Shown here one piece after another: positions 31,901-44,700 of a stretch of 64,000 nt of DNA. This DNA is from Macrostomum lignano. Lineage: Eukaryota. The stretch covers positions 62,001 to 126,000 of the forward strand of contig NIVC01000946.1 in assembly GCA_002269645.1 (NCBI GenBank), written 5' to 3'. The notes beneath the pieces are model-generated. The model was given only the letters and a program-made list of their open reading frames with translations, made no database searches and was not told the DNA's origin. Numbering within the stretch: position 1 is the first letter of the stretch; every line of letters starts with the position of its first letter. A program made the translations under genes and the position numbers.

Positions 31901-34900
31901 GGTACCTGTTGACCCGTCTGAGGTACCTGCTGACCTGTCTGAGGTACCTGCTGACCCGTCTGAGGTACCTGCTGACCTGTCTGAGGTACCTGTTGACCTG
32001 TCTGAGGTACCTGCTGACCTGTCTGAGGTACCTGCTGACCTGTCTGAGGTACCTGCTGACCTGTCTGAGCGCCAATACGACCCCCCAGACACGGCTCTCA
32101 CCCGGTGTGAAACTGGCCATCGGGGTCGCCCACCGGCAGGCCGACCTCCGAGCCGGCACCGCTCTCGGGCACCCGGCATTCGATGTCGACGATAATGTCC
32201 GGGTAGGTGTGAAAGTTGCGGTCCCACATGACCTTCAGAGTGGCTTCCAGCACCTGATATGTCTGGAATTCGGGCACAGGAAATGCTTTGTTAGCGACAG
32301 GACTGCTTACCCAACTGCCTACCCAACTGTCTACCCGACTGTCCACCCGACTGTCTACCCAACTGTCTACCCAACTGCCTACCCGACTGTCTACCCAACT
32401 GTCTACCCCACTGTCTACACAACTGTCTACCTAACTATCTACCCGACTGTCTACCCAACTGTCTACCCAACTGTCTACCTAACTGTCTACCCAACTGTCT
32501 ACCTATTTACCCAACCTTTCACTTCTTACCCGACCCTGATGCCTACCTATCGCCTACCCGATTGGCTACCAGACTGTCTACCAAAATTGCCTACTGAACT
32601 GCGACTATTTAACTGTCTACGAGACGGTCTACCTAACTGTCTACTGATTGCCCACTCATTGTCTATTAAACGTCTACCTAACTGTCCACCTGTCTACACA
32701 AAATTCTAGGCAAAACTCTACTAAACTGTCCACCAAATCGTGTACTATACTGTCTACCAAACCGTCTACTAAACTGTCCACCAAATCGTCTACTAAACTG
32801 TCTACCAAACCGTCTACTAAACTGTCCACCAAACCGTCTACTAAACTGTCCACCAAATCGTCTACTAAACTGTCTACCAAACCGTCTACTAAACTGTCCA
32901 CCAAACCGTCTACAACTGTCCACCAAACCGTCTACTAAACTGTCCACCAAACCGTCTACAACTGTCTACCAAACCGTCTACTAAACTGTCTACCAAATCG
33001 TCTACTAAACTGTCTACCAAACCGTCTACTAAACTGTCTACCAAAACGTCTACTAAACTGTCTACCAAATCGTCTACTAAACTGTCCACCAAACCGTCTA
33101 CAACTGTCTACCAAACCGTCTACTAAACTGTCCACCAAACCGTCTACAACTGTCCACCAAACCGTCTACTAAACTGTCCACCAAACCGTCTACAACTGTC
33201 TACCAAACCGTCTACTAAACTGTCCACCAAACCGTCTACAACTGTCTACCAAACCGTCTACTAAACTGTCTACCAAACCGTCTACTAAACTGTCTACCAA
33301 ACCGTCTACTAAACTGTCCACCAAACCGTCTACAACTGTCTAGATTTACGAGCACGTAAAAAATTCGTAGAAACAGTTAGCTCAGTAAACTACTCAATTG
33401 CCTACCTAACTGTCTACCCGGCTGTCTACCCAACTGCCTACCCAACAGCCGGACCCCACATTACCGGGTAGCGAGTCCGCTGAACTATCCCCCTGCCGCA
33501 GGCGCTGTTCGAGTCCAGCTCCAGGATGGCCGTGTAAACTCCATCTGGGGTCGGGTGCAGCCGGCACACCTGCTGCTGCTGCTGCAGGCTGCCGTAGCTC
33601 CCGATGAAGGCTGTGGAATTCTTGCTGGTCAACCTTTCTCTTAGCTGGTCATAGGGAGGGTTGTCGTAGTTGGGGTCGAACTTTACCACCATCTTTTTGG
33701 AGTGACAGCTCACGGACACTGATGAGGAGACAGAGGATTTGGGATGCTGGTGTTCGCTGAGTCTCATTGATTTAGTAAAATGCTGTTAGAATACTGTTAG
33801 AGCCTGAAATAACTCGTGCTGTAAATGACTGTCTCTGATTCTGTAAATAGCTGTCTCTGATTCTGTAAATGACTGTCTGATTCTGTAAATAGCTGTCTCT
33901 GATTCTGTAAATGACTGTCTCTGATTCTGTAAATAGCTGTCTCTGATTCTGTAAATGACTGTCTGATTCTGTAAATAGCTGTCTCTGATTCTGTAAATGA
34001 CTGTCTGATTCTGTAAATAGCTGTCTCTGATTCTGTAAATGACTGTCTGATTCTGTAAATAGCTGTCTCTGATTCTGTAAATGACTGTCTGATTCTGTAA
34101 ATATCTGTCTCTGATTCTGTAAATGACTGTCTCTGATTCTGTAAATAGCTGTCTCTGATTCTGTAAATGACTGTCTGATTCTGTAAATAGCTGTCTCTGA
34201 TTCTGTAAATGACTGTCTGATTCTGTAAATAGCTGTCTCTGATTCTGTAAATGACTGTCTGATTCTGTAAATAGCTGTCTCTGATTCTGTAAATGACTGT
34301 CTGATTCTTTAAATAGCTGTCTCTGATTCTGTAAATGACTGTCTGATTCTGTAAATAGCTGTCTCTGATTCTGTAAATGACTGTCTGATTCTGTAAATAG
34401 CTGTCTCTGATTCTGTAAATGACTGTCTGATTCTGTAAATATCTGTCTCTGATTCTGTAAATGACTGTCTGATTCTGTAAATAGCTGTCTCTGATTCTGT
34501 AAATGACTGTCTGATTCTGTAAATAGCTGTCTCTGATTCTGTAAATGACTGTCTGATTCTGTAAATATCTGTCTCTGATTCTGTAAATGACTGTCTGATT
34601 CTGTAAATAGCTGTCTCTGATTCTGTAAATGACTGTCTGATTCTGTAAATAGCTGTCTCTGATTCTGTAAATGACTGTCTGATTCTTTAAATAGCTGTCT
34701 CTGATTCTGTAAATATCTGTCTCTGATTCTGTAAATGACTGTCTGATTCTTTAAATAGCTGTCTCTGATTCTGTAAATGACTGTCTGATTCTGTAAATAG
34801 CTGTCTCTGATTCTGTAAATGACTGTCTGATTCTGTAAATAGCTGTCTCTGATTCTGTAAATTACTTTCTGATTCTGTGAGTGCCTTCTGATTCTGTAAA

Positions 34901-35755
34901 TGTCTGTTTTAGGCCTGTAGGGTGTTCCTTGAGACTATAAGATACCGTAAACTACCTTCTGAACCTGTAAAATACTGTAATTGAGGATTTCGCTAATCCT
35001 TGAACAGTCTGTATTCGAAAGTAACTATACTGAAGCCGTGACAGCTTACAGTCAGGACACGTGCATCGCACACGCCATCGGGCTGGCACATCTTGACGCG
35101 GTAGTGTAAAACGCCCACCCCCACCCCCGAGGCCAGGCAGGAGTGAAAAATCCAATTCTATATTGCATCATTCTCTCCTTAGCCCGCTGGCCGTCCGGCG
35201 GCACCCCCTGCTGCGCCGTCGGCGCTTGTCAAGTCTCCGCGCCAGTGTCTGGGCTGCAGATGCTTATCTTTGAGAGCTGTCCGGCCGACTGGGCCACCCC
35301 CCCCCCTGAGGCTAATCAGCACCCCCCAGAGAGTTAATTCTCGTGGCTGTACAATCGCGGCTGCGTTTGCCGAAACATTTTTGTTTCAAACTGCCTGCTC
35401 TCTGATTGATGACTGGCCAGCTCTGTGGATTCTTATTGCCGGGATAGCACTGTGGAGTCCGTGTATTCAGGTGTGTGTGTGTCAGGTGTTTTGGGTCAAA
35501 GGTGTTATTAGATTTGGTCAGGTGTGTGTGTGTGTGTGTGTGTCAGGTGTTTTGGGTCAAAGGTGTTATTAGATTTGGTCAGGTGTGTGTGTGTGTGTGT
35601 GTCAGGTGTTTTGGGCCAAAGGTGTTATTAGAATTGGTCAGGTGTGTGTGTGTGTGTGTGTGTGTGTCAGGTGTTTTGGGCCAAAGGTGTTATTAGAATT
35701 GGTCAGGTGTGTATGTGTCAGGTGTTTTGGGTCAAAGGTGCTATTAGATTTGGTC

Positions 35756-35788
<33 letters not shown>

Positions 35789-38700
35789 AGGTGTTTTGGG
35801 CCAAAGGTGTTATTAGATTTGGGTCAGGTGTGTGTGTGTGTCAGGTGTTTTGGGCCAAAGGTGTTATTAGAATTGGTCAGGTGTGTGTGTGTCAGGTGTT
35901 TTGGGTCAAAGGTGTTATTAGATTTGGTCAGGTGTGTGTGTGTGTGTGTGTCAGGTGTTTGGGTCAAAGGTGTTATTAGATTTGGTCAGGTGTGTGTGTG
36001 TCAGGTGTTTTGGGTCAAAAGTGTTATTAGATTTGGTCAGGTGTGTGTGTGTGTGTGTGTGTGTGTGTCAGGTGTTTTGGGTCAAAAGTGTTATTAGATT
36101 TGGTCAGGTGTGTGTGTGTGTGTGTGTCAGGTGTTTTGGGCCAAAGGTGTTATTAGAATTGGTCAGGTCAAGGGTCGGGTCAAAGTGTAACACATATTAA
36201 ACATGTATTTAGAACAGCCCATACGCCTAAACCGAAAGCTCACCGTGCTGTTTTGAGCAGTACTGCTTGACAGTGGCGCCCTCCACATTCGGGGTGGACA
36301 GCCGCTTCGGACACAGACAGCCGGTCTCGGTGGAGTTGGTGGCGGCGTAGCACTGGCCGTACTGCTTGGCGGCCTTGCATTCTCTGCAGTGCTCAGAGTC
36401 CAAGTCCAGAGTCTTGACTGAGTTGGAGCCGTGGGGGTGAATTTGGTCGTTAAGATTTACTTTTATTACCATAGATACTCAAATCCAAGCGATACTCAAA
36501 TCCAAGAGATATTCAAATCCTAGAGATACTCTAATCCCAGAGATACTCAAATCCCACAGATACTCAAATCCCAGAGATACTCAAATCCAAGCGATCCTCA
36601 AATCCCACAGATACTCAAATCCCAGAGATACTCAAATCCTAGAGATACTCAAATCCAAGCGATACTCAAATCCAAGAGATACTCTAATCCCAGAGATACT
36701 CAAATCCCACAGATACTCAAATCCAGAGATACTCAAATCCCAGGGATACTCAAATCCCAAAGATACTCAAATCCCAAAGATACTCAAATCCCACAGATAC
36801 TCAAATCCCAAAGATACTCAAATCCCACAGATACTCAAATCCCACAGATACTCAAATCCCAAAGATACTCAAATCCCAAAGATACTCAAATCCCACAGAT
36901 ACTCTAATCCCTGAGTACTCAAATCCCAAAGATACTCAAATCCCACAGATACTCAAACCCCTGAGATACTCAAATCCCACAGATACTCAAACCCCTGAGA
37001 TACTCAAGGTCCCCAAATATTCGAATTTCACAATGTCCCAGCATAACAGAACAAAGAACCCAATCCTTCACTACAAGATGCTTGCATTTGCACAGGCAAG
37101 TCAGATTCTCCCGAACAAAAACGATTCAAAGAAGCCAGTCTCGCGAAAAAAGCTTCGAAATTAAAATATCGGAGGTCACCCGAGTCCACCGCAGGGTGAT
37201 TAATGAGTAGCAAATAGTTTAATTGCTCAGGAGATCCCGCGAAACCGAGCTCTTTTGCTGCCAATTAAAATTGGCTCGTAGAAAGCAAAAATTAGCATTT
37301 CACCGTTCAGCCCCAGCTCTCACTTTCCCTTTCCGCGCTCTTCTCTCCAGAACTGACTGACATAAATCAATTTCGCGCGCCTCATGAATAATTAATGAGC
37401 TGAACTATAGCATAGTTGATGCTGACAAGAGGTGAGAAATTTCTACACTTTGCTGGCACTGCTCAGATGAGTCAGATTTACAACTCCCTGAGACTTTGCC
37501 AGCTCAATGACCAGCCTTACTCAAGTGCTGTTCAACTGTCGCCCCACCTATTTAACCTGTCAATCAAGTGCTCAGTTGTTTTAAATAAGCTGAGATTTCT
37601 CATTATAACTCTGATTTTATGGTTGGGGGTTATGTGCGATGTCTGTAGTGTTCTCACTGTGTCTGTAGTGTTCCTACGGTGTCTGTAGTGTTCTCACTGT
37701 GTCTGTAGTGTTCCTACGGTGTCTGTAGTGTTCTCACTGTGTCTGTAGTGTTCCTACGGTGTCTGTAGTGTTTTCACTGTGTCTGTAGTGTTCTCACTGT
37801 GTCTGTAGTGTTTTCACTGTGTCTGCAGTGTTCTCACTGTGTCTGCAGTGTTCTCACGGTGTCTGCAGTGTTCTCACTGTGTCTGCAGTGTTCTCACTGT
37901 GTCTGCAGTGTTCCCACTGTGTCTGCAGTGTTCTCACTGTGTCTGCAGTGTTCTCACTGTGTCTGCAGTGTTCTCACTGTGTCTGCAGTGTTCTCACTGT
38001 GTCTGTAGTGTTCTCACTGTGTCTGTAGTGTTCTCACTGTGTCTGCAGTGTTCTCACTGTGTCTGTACTGTTCTCACTGTGTCTGTAGTGTTCTCACTGT
38101 GTCTGTATTGTTCTCACGGTGTCTGTAGTGTTCTCACGGTGTCTGTAGTGTTTTTACTGTGTCTGTAGTGTTCTCACTGTGTCTGTAGTGTTTTCACTGT
38201 GTCTGCAGTGTTCTCACTGTGTCTGCAGTGTTCTCACGGTGTCTGCAGTGTTCTCACTGTGTCTGCAGTGTTCTCACTGTGTCTGCAGTGTTCTCACTGT
38301 GTCTGCAGTGTTTTCACTGTGTCTGCAGTGTTCTCACTGTGTCTGCAGTGTTCTCACTGTGTCTGCAGTGTTCTCACTGTGTCTGTAGTGTTCTCACTGT
38401 GTCTGTAGTGTTCTCACTGTGTCTGCAGTGTTCTCACTGTGTCTGTACTGTTCTCACTGTGTCTGTAGTGTTCTCACTGTGTCTGTATTGTTCTCACGGT
38501 GTCTGTAGTGTTCTCACGGTGTCTGTAGTGTTGTCACGGTGTCTGTAGTGTTGTCATGGTGTCTGTAGTGTTGTCACGGTGTCTGTAGTCTTCTCACGGT
38601 GTCTGTAGTGTTCTCACGGTGTCTGCAGTGTTCCCACGGTGTCTGTAGTGTTCTCACTATGTCTGTAGTGTTCTCATGGTGTCTGTAGTGTTCTCACTGT

Positions 38701-41700
38701 GTCTGCAGTGTTCTCACTGTGTCTGCAGTGTTCTCACTGTGTCTGCAGTGTTCTCACTGTGTCTGTAGTGTTCTCACTGTGTCTGTAGTGTTCTCACTGT
38801 GTCTGCAGTGTTCTCACTGTGTCTGTACTGTTCTCACTGTGTCTGTAGTGTTCTCACTGTGTCTGTATTGTTCTCACGGTGTCTGTAGTGTTCTCACGGT
38901 GTCTGTAGTGTTGTCACGGTGTCTGTAGTGTTGTCATGGTGTCTGTAGTGTTGTCACGGTGTCTGTAGTCTTCTCACGGTGTCTGTAGTGTTCTCACGGT
39001 GTCTGCAGTGTTCCCACGGTGTCTGTAGTGTTCTCACTATGTCTGTAGTGTTCTCATGGTGTCTGTAGTGTTCTCACTGTGTCTGCAGTGTTCTCACGGT
39101 GTCTGTAGTGTTGTCACGGTGTCTGTAGTGTTCTCACGGTGTCTGTAGTGTTGTCACGGTGTCTGTAGTGTTCTCACGGTGTCTGTAGTGTTTTCACGGT
39201 GTCTGTAGTGTTCTCACGGTGTCTGTAGTGTTCTCACGGTGTCTGTAGTGTTCCTACGGTGTCTGTAGTGTTCTCACTGTGTCTGTAGTGTTCCTACGGT
39301 GTCTGTAGTGTTCTCACTGTGTCTGTAGTGTTCCTACGGTGTCTGTAGTGTTTTCACTGTGTCTGTAGTGTTCTCACTGTGTCTGTAGTGTTTTCACTGT
39401 GTCTGTAGTGTTGTCACGGTGTCTGCAGTGTTCTCACGGTGTCTGCAGTGTTCTCACTGTGTCTGCAGTGTTCTCACTGTGTCTGCAGTGTTCTCACTGT
39501 GTCTGCAGTGTTCTCACTGTGTCTGCAGTGTTCTCACTGTGTCTGCAGTATTCTCACTGTGTCTGCAGTGTTCTCACTGTGTCTGTAGTGTTCTCACTGT
39601 GTCTGTAGTGTTCTCACTGTGTCTGCAGTGTTCTCACTGTGTCTGTACTGTTCTCACTGTGTCTGTAGTGTTCTCACTGTGTCTGTATTGTTCTCACGGT
39701 GTCTGTAGTGTTCTCACGGTGTCTGTAGTGTTGTCACGGTGTCTGTAGTGTTGTCATGGTGTCTGTAGTGTTGTCACGGTGTCTGTAGTCTTCTCACGGT
39801 GTCTGTAGTGTTCTCACGGTGTCTGCAGTGTTCCCACGGTGTCTGTAGTGTTCTCACTATGTCTGTAGTGTTCTCATGGTGTCTGTAGTGTTCTCACTGT
39901 GTCTGCAGTGTTCTCACGGTGTCTGTAGTGTTGTCACGGTGTCTGTAGTGTTCTCACGGTGTCTGTAGTGTTGTCACGGTGTCTGTAGTGTTCTCACGGT
40001 GTCTGTAGTGTTTTCACGGTGTCTGTAGTGTTCTCACGGTGTCTGTAGTGTTCTCACGGTGTCTGTAGTGTTCTCACGGTGTCTGTAGTGTTCTCACGGT
40101 GTCTGTAGTGTTTTCACGGTGTCTGTAGTGTTCTCACGGTGTCTGTAGTGTTCTCACGGTGTCTGTAGTGTTCTCACGGTGTCTGTAGTGTTGTCACGGT
40201 GTCTGTAGTGTTGTCATGGTGTCTGTAGTGTTGTCACGGTGTCTGTAGTGTTCTCACGGTGTCTGTAGTGTTTTCACGGTGTCTGTAGTGTTCTCACGGT
40301 GTCTGGAGTATTCTCACGGTGTCTGTAGTGTTTTCACGGTGTCTGTAGTGTTCTCACGGTGTCTGTAGTGTTGTCACGGTGTCTGTAGTGTTCTCACGGT
40401 GTCTGTAGTGTTTTCACGGTGTCTGTAGTGTTCTCACGGTGTCTGGAGTATTCTCACGGTGTCTGTAGTGTTTTCACGGTGTCTGTAGTGTTCTCACGGT
40501 GTCTGTAGTGTTCTCACGGTGTCTGTAGTGTTCTTACGGTGTCTGTAGTGTTTTCACGGTGTCTGTAGTGTTCTCACGGTGTCTGTAGTGTTCTCACGGT
40601 GTCTGTAGTGTTCTCACGGTGTCTGTAGTGTTCTCACGGTGTCTGTAGTGTTCTCACTGTGTCTGTAGTGTTCTCACGGTGTCTGTAGTGTTCTCACTGT
40701 GTCTGTAGTGTTCTCACTGTGTCTGTAGTGTTCTCACTATGTCTGTAGTGTTCTCATGGTGTCTGTAGTGTTCTCACTGTGTCTGTAGTGTTCTCACTGT
40801 GTCTGTAGTGTTCTCACTATGTCTGTAGTGTTCTCATGGTGTCTGTAGTGTTCTCACTGTGTCTGTATTGTTCTCACTGTGTCTGTAGTGTTCTCACTGT
40901 GTCTGTAGTGTTCTCACTATGTCTGTAGTGTTCTCATGGTGTCTGTAGTGTTCTCACTGTGTCTGTATTGTTCTCACTGTGTCTGTATTGTTCTCATGGT
41001 GTCTGTAGTGTTCTCACGGTGTCTGTAGTGTTCTCACGGTGTCTGTAGTGTTCTCACTGTGTCTGTAGTGTTCTCACTGTGTCTGTAGTGTTCTCACGGT
41101 GTCTGTAGTGTTCTCACTGTGTCTGTAGTGTTCTCACTGTGTCTGTAGTGTTCTCACTATGTCTGTAGTGTTCTCATGGTGTCTGTAGTGTTCTCACTGT
41201 GTCTGTATTGTTCTCACTGTGTCTGCAGTGTTCTCACTGTGTCTGCAGTGTTCTCACTGTGTCTGTAGTGTTCTCACTGTGTCTGTAGTGTTCTCAAGGT
41301 GTCTGTAGTGTTCTTATGGACAGTGTCTGTACAAAATGTGCAAGACTAGCCAAGCTATTAAGTACATTTTTTCTTTTTTTAGCAAATTACCTCTAAAAAA
41401 TCTAGCAAAACGCGCAGCCTACTCACAGCACTCATAGTAGTGCAGCCACTGCTGGTACACGGCCACGTATCTGTCCGGGCAGCGGCACTTTCTAATGTCG
41501 GTCTCGGTGTCTCTGGGCTTGCCGCAGATGGCCCGCTTGCTCCGGCAGAGCAACTGGCTGTCGTCGCACGGGTCGCCGATGTCGCCTTGTAAGAAGTTAA
41601 AACAAAGGAAAGAAAATTGTCTTGAGAAAAGTTTTGGAATATTTTATTCGGAAGTTTTATGTCGAAAATTCCAACTCGAAAAGTCTCCAGGCCAAAGATT

Positions 41701-44700
41701 CTCAAATCCCAGAGATACTCAAATCTCAGTGATACTCAAATCCCAGAGATACTCAAATCTCAGTGATACTCAAATCCCAGAGATACTCAAATCCCACAGA
41801 TACTCAGATCTCAATGATACTATAATCCCAGAGATATTTAAATCCCAGAGATATTTAAATCCCAGAGATACTCATGAAAATCCCAGAGATACTCATGAAA
41901 ATCCCAGAGATACTCATGAAAATCCCAGAGATACTCATGAAAATCCTAGAGATACTCATGAAAATCCCAGAGATACTCAAATCCCAGAGATACTCATGAA
42001 AATCCCAGAGATACTCAAATCCCAGAGATACTCATGAAAATCCCAGAGATACTCAAATCCCAGAGATACTCATGAAAATCCCAGAGATACTCAAATCTCA
42101 GAGATAATCAAATCTCAGAGATACTCATGAAAATCCCAGAGATACTCAAATCTCAGAGATACTCAAATCTCAGAGATAATCAAATCTCAGAGATACTCAA
42201 ATCTCAGAGATACTCGAATCCCAGAAATACTCAAATCCCAGAAATACTCAAATCCCACAGATACTCAAATCCCAGAGATACTCATGAAATCTCAGAGATA
42301 CTCAAATCTCAGAGATACTCAAATCCCAGAAATACTCAAATCCCAGAGATACTCAAATCCCAGAAATACTCAAATCCCAGAGATACTCAAATCCCAGAGA
42401 TACTCATGAAATCTCAGAGATACTCAAATCTCAGAGATACTCAAATCTCAGAGATACTCAAATCCCATAAATACTCAAATCCCAGAAATACTCTAATCCC
42501 AGAGATACTCAAATCCCAGAGATACTCATGAAATCTCAGAGATACTCAAATCCCAGAAATACTCAAATCCCAGAGATACTCAAATCCCAGAAATACTCAA
42601 ATCCCAGAAATACTCAAATCCCAGAAATACTCAAATCCCAGAGATACTCAAATCCCAGAGATACTCATGAAATCTCAGAGATACTCAAATCCCAGAAATA
42701 CTCATGAAAATCTCAGAAATACTCAAATCCTGTCTACAAACAGAGATCGCAATGAAATTAGCCTGCTCAAGCTGTTGCCTCACGGCTGCCCGAAGCCAAG
42801 CTGTCCGAGAGCGGATATGCGGGAACGAGTCCCGGCCGGGGATCGATGAAGTTGCGTGCAGAACTGATTAGAATCGGATGCTGGCAATTCCCCCACCCCC
42901 TCGATTTCTGGCGACCCCGCCCGGCAGCATTCGCTGCTCGCTCATGAGTTTGACTTGAAGCAAAGGAAGCGTAAGAAGGAGCGCGACTTGAACTCACGGA
43001 GTCTTGTTGAGCAGATCGGCTCAACCCAGGTGTCCACCTTGCCAATTCGGGCGGTGCCGCGGTTTCCGGGACAGGCGCAGCCGAGACGGAAGGTCAAGCC
43101 GCCCTCGTCAGCACGGGCCCGGAGCTCCTGCGAGTGGGCGGGGAGGCGAGAGGGCGGTTGCTGCAGCTGTCGGGTGCGAAATCTGACGAAATTGGAGGGG
43201 AATCGAAAATACAGGGAAGAGAGGCGAGCAGAGAGGGGAAGAGAGGGGGGCATGGAGGGAAAGAGAGGCGAGCAGAGAGGGGAAGACAGGCGGGCAGAGA
43301 GGGGAAGACAGGCGGGCATGGAGCGGAAGAGAGGCGGACAGAGAGGGGAAGAGAGGCGGGCAGAGAGGGGAAGAGAGGCGGGCATGGAGCGGAAGAGAGG
43401 CGGACAGAGAGGGGAAGAGAGGCGAGCAGAGAGGGGAAGAGAGGCGGGCATGGAGCGGAAGAGAGGCGGACAGAGAGGGGAAGAGAGGCGGGCAGAGAGG
43501 GGAAGAGAGGCGAGCAGAGAGGGGAAGAGAGGCGGGCAGAGAGGGGAAGAGAGGCGGGCATGGAGCGGAAGAGAGGCGGACAGAGAGGGGAAGAGAGGCG
43601 GGCAGAGAGGGGAAGACAGGCGGGCATGGAGCGGAAGAGAGGCGGACAGAGAGGGGAAGATAGGCGGGCAGAGAGGGGAAGAGAGGCGGGCAGAGAGAGG
43701 AAAAGAGGCGGGCAGAGAGAGGAAAAGAGGCGGGCAGAGAGGGGAAAAGAGGTGGGCAGAGAGGGGAAGAGAGGCGGGCAGAGAGGGGAAGAGAGGCGGG
43801 CAGAGAGGGGAAAAGAGGCGGGCAGAGAGAGGAAAAGAGGCGGGCAGAGAGGGGAAGATAGGCGGGCAGAGAGGGGAAAAGAGGCGGGCAGAGAGGGGAA
43901 GAGAGTCGGGCAGAGAGGGGAAGAGAGGCGGGCAGAGAGAGGAAGATAGGCGGGCAGAGAGGGGAAGAGAGGCGGGCAGAGAGGGGAAAAGAGGCGAGCA
44001 GAGAGGGGAAAAGAGGCGGGCAGAGAGGGGAAGAGAGGCGAGCAGAGAGGGGAAGACAGGCGGGCATGGAGGGAAAGAGAGGCGAGCAGAGAGGGGAAGA
44101 CAGGCGGGCATGGAGCGGAAGAGAGGCGGACAGAGAGGGGAAGATAGGCGGGCAGAGAGGGGAAGATAGGCGGGCAGAGAGAGGAAGATAGGCGGGCAGA
44201 GAGGGGAAAAGAGGCGGGCAGAGAGGGGAAGAGAGGCGGGCAGAGAGGGGAAGAGAGGGGGGCATGGAGGGAAAGAGAGGCGGGCAGAGAGGGGAAGAGA
44301 GGGGGGCATGGAGGGAAAGAGAGGCGAGCAGAGAGGGGAAGAGAGGCGGGCATGGAGCGGAAGAGAGGCGGACAGAGAGGGGAAGATAGGCGGGCAGAGA
44401 GGGGAAGACAGGCGGGCAGAGAGAGGAAAAGAGGCGGGCAGAGAGGGGAAAAGAGGTGGGCAGAGAGGGGAAGAGAGGCGGGCAGAGAGGGGAAGAGAGG
44501 CGGGCAGAGAGGGGAAAAGAGGCGGGCAGAGAGAGGAAAAGAGGCGGGCAGAGAGGGGAAGATAGGCGGGCAGAGAGGGGAAAAGAGGCGGGCAGAGAGG
44601 GGAAGAGAGTCGGGCAGAGAGGGGAAGAGAGGCGGGCAGAGAGAGGAAGATAGGCGGGCAGAGAGGGGAAAAGAGGCGGGCAGAGAGGGGAAAAGAGGCG

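Noticed and set aside
37028-37264. 78-aa - strand ORF (MAAKELGFAG...)
   Set aside because: No recognisable motif or compatible splice sites, and it is not needed for the ZP exon chain.
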